Source: Geosiphon pyriformis uo1 (lineage: Eukaryota; Fungi; Glomeromycota). From it: 64,000 nucleotides of DNA. Below the pieces are notes generated by a model. It ran no database searches and was not told where the DNA came from. It worked only from the letters and a program-made list of their open reading frames with translations. Below are positions 53,982 to 64,000 of the stretch, piece after piece. A program made the position numbers and the translations under genes. The stretch's first letter is position 1. Each line of letters opens with the position of its first letter. The stretch lies in the NCBI GenBank assembly GCA_016748015.1, contig JAAOMT010000128.1:2115538-2179537 (forward strand), in the 5' to 3' direction.

Positions 53982-54522
53982 TGGGGCGTGTTGCAACAAA
54001 ACCAGAAAAAGTGAACATCAAGCAATTGTGGCTTTGGTGAATGAAAAGGCATATCTTTATCTTTTCGCTAGCTTCCTCCTCAGCACTCAGAATACCATCA
54101 CTGTTATCCCGGCTGTCATTAAGATAGCTGGAATTAGTCATAAAGAAGATATTCGTCTTGAATTACTTTTACCACTGAGCTAGGCATAACGTTGAGGCTG
54201 TCAAATGCATCCATCCCCGGTGCCCAGCAAGGAGGATCAATCACACCACAAGAAGAAGAGATGCAAACGTGGAAGTCAAAATTGCTCTTTCCGGGGCCTC
54301 CATCATCCTCTCGTCTGACCAACAACCACTTCCTCCTTTTCACCGCAATGCCAATCCCACAAGGTACAACCTTGCAAAGGAACTCCTTTCAGTCGTGACA
54401 CCAGAATTGGTTCCCTGCGATTCCATTCGAGATAAATGAATATTGTAAGGAAGGAGATTTAATTTTCCTGACTGTTTTATTCCACATGTTCAATTTGTCT
54501 GGTTTTGTTGCAGCACGCCTCA
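53982..54522 (+). mobile_element. 541-bp non-autonomous TIR element (Tc1/mariner-like, TA target site) carrying a Fanzor1 3' fragment
   Basis: 37-bp terminal inverted repeats 53982-54018 and 54486-54522 (33/37 match, TG[G/A]GGCGTG[T/C]TGCAACAAAACCAGA...), flanked by TA on both sides. Confidence 0.85.
54179..54439 (+). pseudogene. C-terminal fragment of a Fanzor1 (TnpB-derived) nuclease: Zn-finger half plus RuvC-III
   Basis: Frame +2 reads VEAVKCIHPRCPARRINHTTRRRDANVEVKIALSGASIILSSDQQPLPPFHR...*, like the AVEC.NP.C...RD.NAA.NIALSGAS...LPPF ends I recall for Mucoromycota Fanzor1-type proteins. A degenerate EYH.C.P.C lies upstream near 54090. Confidence 0.7.
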
Positions 54523-56599
54523 TATAGTCTAAGGAGCAAACTTAGCCTAACTCCAATTCCTTTTAATGTGCTGTTTATTTCCACCATAAACCAGAAATTA
54601 CGCAGGTTTAAGCCCGACTAAGCGTTGAATATTATTAGGTTAAAAATATATTAACTCAAATTGAAAATTATCGGCGAACCACATTTGACTCTATTAGCCA
54701 CCACTTTAGTAATTTTGATAAGAGTCGAGGTGCCAGAGCGTCTTATGTTCAATCTCTTGTGAAAGAAGTATCAGTTAGAATTATAGATCATTTAAAACAT
54801 CCTCTCGTCAAAGAAAACTGATGTGTGAACTTGAAATGACAGATCAAATTGATCAAGATAAAGATCTTTGGGTTATAATTTTTGAATTCTTACCTCGTTT
54901 CATTATGAATTGTTAAAAGAAATATAACTTTGGAATATTAAACATTTTTCTGACTAATTCTTGCATTCAGATATTGGCTTCAGTTTTATTAGAAAAAAAC
55001 TGACTAACTTTGTGTTTTGAAACGCTTCATTGAAATTTTAAGAGACAAGATTTCTATAATTATATAGATTAACATAGATTTCTCACATGTATTAATTTAA
55101 TTACTAAATATTCTTTAAAGGGTTAAGAAAATCAGTTCAGTACTATCCGAGAATATTTTATAACCAAATAATTAACTACAATATGCTCGAAAAATTAGGT
55201 CATCATTAATGCCATTTTTTTGACTTCTTATATTGGGTTTGTTTAAGTTACAATTTGAATCACTCTAAACAAATATTAGGCTATTTCTTTTTAAAATAAG
55301 TAAAAATATTTACTTTTGAATTTAGAAATTTCTATGGAATAGATTATAAATTGGTGTTTTTGTTTAATTTAAATTTGGAGTTTTTAAAATTCCAAAATAT
55401 TGAACGTTTTAATTATCAGTTTTTCATTTCGAATATAGATCAACTCAGATTTAGTATTTATTTAATAAACATAATGTGACATATATATATATTTTTAAAA
55501 TTATTTACGTTATTATATATAAATATTTTGATAATTAATTTAACTATGACAGTTTTTATTGTTATTTAATAAAGAAAACTGAATTAAAGGAATTAGAATT
55601 ACATTCTACTAGAAAACATAAAATTTTTTAATGTTTGTTTATAATAAAAAAATTGGTTAAACTTAATCTTAAATAACCAAGCCAAAAACTGCTAGTTATA
55701 ACCCTAAAATTTTAATTATAAAATATTTTATATTTGTATAATAAATTCCATTCACTTCAAAAAAAAAATTCATAATCCAATTATTATTAATATAACAAAA
55801 TAAACAACAGTTTTTAAAAATCAACAGAATCTTTAGTTTCAAAATAATATTTCTATTGCAAAAATCAAATCAAATTGGAGTTAATTTTGTTGTTTAAAAA
55901 AATACATTTACAAATAAAAAAATTTAACAAAAGAAAAGGTTATTTAAGAATTCGGAAATAATGGAGTCATTCACAAAAAATCTTTGATTGAATATAAAAA
56001 CATAGTTTAAGGTCGTATAGGTTAAAGTTTCTTTAATTGACAACACACTATCTGAAATCATTTTTCTCAAGTGGAAAATTCTCACAGTCGTGATGATTGG
56101 CTTTTTCGTGATGAATTTTATCTCATGCAGATCACAAAAGAGTTACGCCGGTGAAAATTTTCTCCGTATAATTATTTATAACCTCGTGTACATTTTTTGA
56201 AAAATTTTTCAACTCACTTGATTTTAACTTTTCTACACCCACTTGTTCAGGTAACTATTTTCATATGATTGATTAATGAGTTACGAAATTGGGAAGCAAA
56301 GGACATCATCAAAAATATCACTAGAATATTATAAAGTATTCTCACATATAATAAGTTGAAAAGGGCAACTAAGTCGTTTAAATATATTTTATTTTAAAAT
56401 TTTAATACTCTATTTCTTCGTTTCATATTTACTTTATCTAAAGTGCAGATACGATATAATGTTGCTTCATCAACAACTTCCTTTTGGCTTGATTGATATT
56501 GAAAGAAAAATCATTTCCTCGCCACAACATTACCCACTTTAATCAATGGGTTTAAACGTATGTGGCAAGCTGAAATTTTTATGCTTAAGGCTTGATGCC

Positions 56600-57290
56600 T
56601 TTTTGTCTTAATTCGGATTCCAAACCATCAGTCTTTATGACTTTCATTCAAAAAAATATTTAGTTGCCGCTGGTCTTCACCAGATGTGAGCTGATGATGG
56701 GGGGTTAGTTTTTCACAAGGCGACCCTGATTTTCACAGATGTTTTATCAAGTCATAGTTAACTCTTGGCCTTGGTATTTCTTATCTTAAGTCGTCAATGA
56801 AGGTTTATTCCTTATTTTGTTGACGTTGGGAAGTCAACGTCCCATCCAACACACTAAACCTTATTGCCATCACACTAGGCCAATGTGACTTGCATTCAAA
56901 AAACATTTAGTTGTGGGTGCTCCTACAATTATAGTTGATTCATATGTATCCTATAATTTTTTATAGTACCTTAAATGACAAACCATTAATTGTAATTTCT
57001 CTTTTGTATTTCAAAAATGATAAGTTTTGGTTTAGCTCCCGTGAAGTTTTTATACGTTTTTGAGGCATTTATTGAGGAGATATTTTATATAGTACTAACT
57101 CCCTCGCCCACGATCAAAGCATACTCGTAATTTGTGTTCAAAAAATGTTTAGTTGTGGTTTGGCTATTTGTAGCGGGCTTAAGTTCAATTTGTTCCTTTT
57201 TTTCTCTTATAAATCCCTGGCCAACCATTAAATTCAAAAAAAGCTATCATGATTGTTTTTATTCAAAAAATGGCTGACTACGTTTGGTTG
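56600..57290 (-). repeat. degenerate ~120-bp tandem repeat, probably a decayed repeat-protein coding region
   Basis: Core ttcaaaaaa..tttagttg at ~56647, 56895 and 57137, with weaker copies near 57010 and 57262. The minus strand reads T(K/Y)xF(L)N.....LMV roughly every 40 aa, with stops. Confidence 0.5.
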
Positions 57291-57885
57291 GGACTTGTTT
57301 TTTCTTTCAAGAAACTTGAGTGATAGGTTTTATAGTGCCTTCCTTGAATACCGTCGGAAGGGGAGTAGTAATTCATTGATTCGCGTAACTTATGGTGTCT
57401 GGAAATTCTGATTATCAATCTTTGTAAAATCTGGATAACGTACACTTCAAGCCTACATTAAAATGAAAAGAAATCGTCACTGAAATTATCTTTTGAGTTC
57501 ATATTACCTGATAATAATGTGCAAGGGTGGAAACCTGGACAATTTTTTGCCTGGAAATCAATATTCAAAAATTAAAAATTGATATTTGGCATTTCAAGCT
57601 TGTGAAACAAGACCACCAAAACTAAAAATTTTTATTGAAGGCTTGAAGCGCTAGAAAAGTTATTTCAATTCCTTTAATTCAATTATAAGAGTTCAAACAG
57701 CTTTGGAATTTCTAAACGGAACTCGGATCCATGCAAAAGAAAAACTTTGGAAAGAACCATTTAAAGCTAACCAAATATTTTTAAATATACAAAATTTTGA
57801 ATATATCAAATCAATTAAATATAATATACATAGAAAATAAGCAGCGAAATTACGAGAATATTCTATTTCTTTTGAAGCTAGTAAC

Positions 57886-60800
57886 TTAATCTTCACCCCA
57901 TGTGAACTCGTCATTTATTAATATATAATTATCTTCTCCTGTGATAGCATCATCTTTATAACAATCTACATGTAATTCCGAGGTTTTTACACGTAATTGT
58001 TCAAGTTTTCCCATCAATCCACTCATAACTTCACGATCCACACCTTCATCAGAATTTGCTTCTTCCCGAATCTCTTGCTCAAGATCACCAAGTAATTCAC
58101 CCAGAACATGAGTTGGAAACATTTGACCATATGTAGCGCCAAAAAAGTGTGATAGCTTCGTGATGCCTTTAACACGATTTTGTTTAGTCACAGGTGATGG
58201 TGGAGGGCGAAGTATGAAGGGCATGTTGCTAGTTAACGGGGTAGCAGGTGCTGAGGATATCAGACGAGGAAATCCGATTATTTCTTTATTTAAATTGAAA
58301 TCATCTGAAGATATGGGTATTCTGTTTATACTAGAATCATCATCACATGCCGTCATATAGTCAATAAGTTCATAAACAACCTTTCTATCATTTTCCATTA
58401 GGTAGTTAAGAGTTTCCAGACTCTGCCGATGAAAATCTAATCTGGATGTTTGTGATTGTAAAATTGGTGATCCTGAGGCCGCTAATCTGCTGCTAGCCGT
58501 TGACAGAAATAAATTTTGTGGAGGGATTTCCCCAAACATTTTCTCCAATTTAACCGCTCTTTTTAAATGACGCTTTTTGTCTTGAGCTGATAGTTTACCA
58601 GCTTTGCCCAAATTATCACTTATATTAGGTTCATCAATACGATTTGGGGTTTTGTGAATGTATAGCGAATCTGGGCGTCGACTTTTCTGAAGCTTGTTTT
58701 TGATGATTGTGGATGATGATGAAACATTTTCCCAATTATTATCACCTAAAATTATATTCACCGGGACTTTTTCTCCGAGAAATTGATAAAGCTTCTGTAT
58801 TTTCTTGCGTCGATATTCTTTCGTGTCTTTATTGATAATAGCCAAAGGAAGTCCTTTCACTGCTTCAGAAATATGTTTATCCCAACTCTCAGAATTCCGT
58901 AATGAATTATTATATTGGTGATTGGATAACCGGATTGAAGGTGATGTCATTGGTGAGAGGCTTTCCCTTACAATTGGGCTACTTGGAGTTATGACCATTG
59001 AATCAGATGCTCTTCGATTCAATTTATTTCGAATATTACTACTAAGTTGATCAGTTATATCAAGCCTATTGTAACCAAATTGATCTTTATTTGGGGAATT
59101 TTGTATAGTAGGAAGAGTCAGAGTTTTCCGCACTATTTTTTCATCAAAAGTTTCACCAAGCATCACTCTTAATTTTTTGTTTTTTTTTAATAGTATTCGT
59201 CGATCTTTTGCACTCAAATCATTGGCTGTCCTGATGTCTCCCGAATCATTCCTAGAATTAACGGAAAAATCGGAAAATGGCGAGGAAATAGAGGAGTTCT
59301 TTGTCTCTATATTTCTGTTTGTCATTGGATCTTTTTTGGCCAAAGTAAATGATTCTTTGGAATCATTTAAAGTAGATTTATTTTTGATTATGTGTTGTGA
59401 GTGAAGTTGTGAATCTCTCAAACCCCTACCAAAGATTGCTTCTAGCTTTTCCACCTTTTTCTTTCGTTGCCAGACATCTTTAGTAGCTTTCTTATTTGCA
59501 GACAATACAGATGATGTCACACTAGTTGAATCATCAATTTCATCCAATAATGTCTTTTGAGCCCCAATCTTGAATTGATCCGACATTTGTCCTATACTCG
59601 CTCCAAAAACCCATCGCAATTTTCGTTCCTTCTTAATTCTTCGCATTCTTTGTGCAGTGGTCATTCGGTTTTCTGAGTTAAAATACCCCTCGATAGCAGT
59701 TGGAGCGAGGATATGGGCATATCGATTTTCTTCCGCTTTCTTTCCTGTTTGGTCCAACTGAATGCTATGAGGAAAGTATTGGGATAAGGTGGAATGTAAT
59801 GTCTGTTCTTTGTAAAGATGGGAAATTGGCATTGGTGGAGCATCATTATCAAGTGCCATGGTGACTGCAAGCATTAGGGGCATGTTTGGTCGAAAATAAT
59901 GATCCAATGATAAGGTCATTTCATGTAGTTGATATCTCTCTGGATCTAGAGAATTGGTTTAAGTTTTAAAGATATTTAGCTTAAAACAAGAGTAAAAAGT
60001 TTATTTACATCTATTTTTAAGGACAATTTTACTCACCTTCATTTTTGATTCTAAGGCATTCTTTCCATTCTTTACTTTCCTCAAAACGCATAAAAGTGTG
60101 TCCTTTCATCAATTGGTAAACAGCTTCTTGAGCCTCATCAAACATATCCCTTTCGACAATACAATCATCATCTAAAGGCCAAGGAATTTCGCGTCGTATC
60201 TCATCACTGAGATTAACTTGTAGCGGACCATTAGGGCTGATATATGTCAAATAAATGTACTTAGCATGAATAAGAGCAGTCTGTTGCTCATCAAAATAAT
60301 TGTCTTCACCATCACAAGAAATTCCGGCAGCAAAAAGTTCCACATCAAGCCAAAATAAGGGATTTTCAGCTGAATACTCATTAATAGTGAACCGCTGAAA
60401 AAAGTTTAACGAAAGTGTGTTTGATAGCAAAGATTGAAATCTAGATTCAGAGGCTTGTATTATAGTTTGAATGTGTTGCAAGGTTGGATGTGGTGGTAAT
60501 GACAAGTCGGAAGGTATTGCCAGCGAAATAAAGGATTTTGAGAGTGAGGGTACAGATAAATCAATTGGGAAGTGAGTGGATTTTACATTTGCAAGACTTT
60601 GATGCCGATTTGGAATGATTGGCATACTAAAACGACGCTGCTCCTTGAGAGCCTGCGTTGATAAATATATAGGTGATGAAGGAATTTCTGAAAAACTGTC
60701 TTCCAATCCAGGACCACAAGGTGAAACTACATTTAACTTTTTCGAATTTTCATACTCATCAATATCTTGAAGCATATTATAGCCTAAAATATATCAATCA

Positions 60801-61671
60801 AAATTTCCAAATAAATGTTTAAAAAGTATTCAAAAAAGAGCCACGAAGTTAAAATGCTTCAATACAGACCTTCATAAATATTTAGTACATGAACCACATC
60901 ACTATGTTCCAAAACATCCCCAACAATATCACGAAATCGCAAAGCCACCATCCCAACATCGTAAAGCAGCCCCACTTCCAGTGGTTCATAGGAACCGACT
61001 TGCTCAATCCCACCAAATTTGAATGCATATTCAGCTTCAATCTGCCGGGCCAACCTTTCCACACTGAACGTTTTCTCCACCGTGACCGGGAAAGAAATTG
61101 AAGGTGATATGTTCGCATTTATTTGAATAAAGGATGAAATACGCTCTATTGTTCGTGAAAATCGTTTTTTATGTATATGAGAGAAATTTTGTACAGATCG
61201 AATAGAATGAGAAGGAGATGGTGGCGGTGGTTGAGAACGTCCATGAGGTTTTTCTATACTGGGATTTGAAGAATTCACATCCGAAGACTTGGTGGTCATA
61301 TTTGAATACCTGGCAGCAACTGGAAGATGGTTTTGCTCGACAGTCTGTTGCTTGTTTTTATATTCTTCCCCTTTATAATGATATTGTTGATTAGATGGAG
61401 AGGAAATTTTAGTGATTGTTTCGGTTATGTAAATTGCTGTATTTTCATTTTTCAACGATTTAGCGGGATTTTCACTTGGTGTTTTTGAATCAGTGTACCT
61501 CGATTTATTCGAGCTTGCCGGGCCACTTTCAAGATTGGTTTGAAATAGATCAGGAGATTCCGAAATATGGGTGGATGGTCGCTTATATCTTAAGCTGGTT
61601 GTACGTACAGGAAGGGGGGTATTACCGCTCGCTGAATTTTTTTTATTGGTTGTTTTAAATTCAGATTCCAT
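57886..61671 (-). CDS. large RGS-domain protein with possible ubiquitin-like domain and six KLxx(F/M)(F/L)G repeats; exons 61671-60870, 60783-60037, 59945-57886
   Basis: Three long ORFs join in frame via GT-AG introns; RGS box FFQRFTINEYSAENPLFWLDVELF..AKYIYLTYISPNGPLQVNL..MFDEAQEAVYQLMKGHTFMRF. Confidence 0.9.
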
Positions 61672-62242
61672 TAAAATTGTGATTATTTTCCAAAGATTGA
61701 GTGATACAAGTGGCAAGTCGAAAAGAAAAGGAATGATGATTAAATGAATTTTCTGATGTGTAGGTTTATTTTTTGAAATTCTAGCTACTAAACATATATA
61801 TAGATTGTTGTTAAAGTTTTCAATAAAAGAGAAGATGAAGACATATAGGAAAACTTGAAACAGATATTTCAGTTTAGAGCAAATTAAAGTAATTAAAAAC
61901 TATATTAAGAAAACAAACGAGAGGGAGCAGGGGAATACCATAGTAAACACGCTTGGACAAAGTGTTTACGAAAATCTTGGTTGAAAGAGACTGCATGCAT
62001 AGATGTGACATTATTCGCTGATTTGTAGAATAATAAGATTTCACAAGCATTTGCGAACCACTAGATTTCTGTAGGCTGAATTAAAATTGTCTTTGTTTAA
62101 CACAATATGCCAATATGCTAAAAGCAATTGTGATTCTCGTTTGTGTCAAAGCTAATGAATCAATGTTAAGAATTAAGAACTATTGGAAGCATCAGAAAAA
62201 AAACTTTTACAATCAAACGCTTCCCTAAATAAGAATTACAAA

Positions 62243-62769
62243 ATGAGTAACAGGCGACGCATGTTACAAACATTTCATTTCCATAGACCCGAGTCTGTTT
62301 CATCTTTGGTTGGCTCCTTCGGGAAAATATCTGAATTAATATTTCATACAATAAAAAGAAATAGAACAAGGTGATTTAGTTGTGGCATAACTGCACCACC
62401 ACAATTATTTGTAGCAAAACCAGATATAGGGAACTTGTGATGTCACGCGTGGTGGCGACTACCAATTTCTTCGCCAAAACTACGCATCCTGGTTTCATTG
62501 CTTTTTTACCCTGCGTATTCAATCCCGAAACCCAGAGTATGAAGCGCGCTTTTACTATGAAGTTTTTCAAGAACGTGGCCTTTGGAAAATGGACATCGAT
62601 CAAAATTGTGGAAAACTATCGCAAACAAATCACCAATCAAAGGAGGGTAAATTTTTAGTTATCATTTAGCTAGATCTCGCTTGTTTGTCAATGTGGTTAG
62701 GTGGCAGTGCATTCGGATCGTAGAAGAAAGAAGAATGATGAGGCGACTCTGTCACAAAAAAATATATAA
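62243..62769 (+). CDS. possible small 3-exon hypothetical gene (62243-62370, 62430-62646, 62701-62769), 137 aa
   Basis: GC-elevated island with GT-AG junctions that keep frame; no recognisable motif. Confidence 0.3.
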
Positions 62770-63239
62770 ATATTATTTATAAACAAAAAGGAGCTTATAA
62801 CGAGGGAGCTGGGGATGGCGTTCGCAAGCGCGCACCTTCAGACTCTACTGAAACACAGCGTTTTATTTTTAAATTTTTTATTTAGCATTGTCATTAAAAT
62901 ATAACAAATATATTAATATATAAATTTGAATTGGATAAAACTTTTTTAAAGATACTATTGTCAAACATTCATTTTTATTATAAATCAAATATTTAATTAT
63001 TAAAATGTTTTTCTCTTTTAATAATAGAAAATGTACATTCAATAAAGCATTCAAAAAAAATTAACAATTAAAAAATATATTTTTATACTTCTTATTTTAA
63101 TGTATTTTTAATTCACAATATTTTTAACATATAACTTAGCATAAATATAATAAGCATTTAAATTTATAATATTAAAAATTGTAATTAAAAGAAAAAATAA
63201 ATCCATTTTTATTTCTATGAATTATATTATGCCAAAATG

Positions 63240-64000
63240 GTGTTTATAACACATCAATAATAGGCAATATTAAGCATTGCTATGTCACGCGTATTATTTC
63301 TTGCATGGTCACTGTAGGACCAAGGCTCATCAAGAAATGCCCAGCGGAAGTCCTCTGATTATTTGGATGTTAAGATTCGTTCTGGTTAATAACACGGACC
63401 TCTAATTTATCCACCTTGCTGATCAGACGTTGTCGAAAGCGATAATCCCCACAAAGCGTTTTCCTGAAGTTTTTGTGTAATCTTTCTCGGCTTGCGATTG
63501 ACCATGTCCGACACGTCAAAAGGAGGAATGACAATAGGCCTGAATTCGCGGGTAAAGAATCCAACTGATTCCCAGTGAATTTCACTTTGCAGATGTATGA
63601 CTTTTCGCCGGGATCAATGGAGACTGCATGAACAAAGCCATCTGCTCGGGTTTCACGGAGCTGTTTTTGCGTCTTGTATACCTAGGCAACTTCTCTCGTT
63701 AATTTTGCGATAGTAGGTGAGCTTGCGATCCGGCATTCTCTTGTGAAGAATGGGCCACCTATCATTATGCCTCTTTTTTTTCGAAATGAAAGCATGCTTA
63801 TCATTATCCAGAATGGTGGTAGGCTTATAAAGATGTGGAGTAATTATCGACAGATTATGGAGATGAGTGACATAGAAACGGTTCCATGTGGATTTCAAAA
63901 AATTCTGTGCATAAATTATCATTATCTTTTCGAGCTCAAAATGATAGTGTGCTGATAATCCTTGTCGATTCGTATTATGCCTAATTACTTCTTCCCTAAC
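63240..64000 (-). pseudogene. decayed Fanzor2 / IS607-type TnpB with probable right end and omegaRNA region; continues beyond window
   Basis: Frame-broken translation: A*VYKTQKQLRETRADGFVHAVSIDPG (RuvC-I, 63618-63607), EIHWESVGFFTREF..IVIPPFDVSDMVNRKPRKITQK, YRFRQRLISKVDKLEVRVINQNES-TSK. Downstream hairpins GCAATG..TATTGC (63280-63264) and GTGTT.ATA.AACAC (63252-63240). Confidence 0.85.

Noticed and set aside
56600-57290. CRISPR-like array
   Set aside because: Repeats degenerate, spacers ~100 bp, eukaryotic context, no cas genes

Overview
AT-rich, intron-containing fungal DNA. Gene style and the LINE family suggest Mucoromycota, most likely Glomeromycotina, possibly Geosiphon/Archaeosporales-like (inference from recalled protein families, no search run). 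1-18 kb is gene-poor and microsatellite-rich, with two Ser/Thr-rich single-pass membrane protein genes and two N-gaps. 18-32 kb is a hypermutated transposon island holding a near-full-length LINE (ORF1, APE, RT, RNase H) wrecked almost entirely by C>T/G>A transitions. Inside it lies a 3.8-kb normal-GC telomerase cassette: an apparently intact 3-exon Est3/TPP1-like OB-fold gene whose stop is 60 nt upstream of, and in frame with, a spliced, internally deleted TERT pseudogene. 33-62 kb holds a third S/T-rich membrane protein, a C2-domain pseudokinase, a 7TM-RGS protein, a SERTA-like ORF, an ammonium transporter with an inverted pseudogene copy and a U1 snRNA between them, a hemerythrin-like gene and a large RGS protein with repeated KLxxFFG-type motifs. 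Two remnants of eukaryotic RNA-guided nucleases are present: a 541-bp TIR element keeping only a Fanzor1 3' end (53.98-54.52 kb) and a decayed Fanzor2/TnpB (63.2-64 kb). Top candidates for novelty: the Est3-TERT coupling, RIP-like hypermutation in this lineage, and the Fanzor1 'ghost' element.
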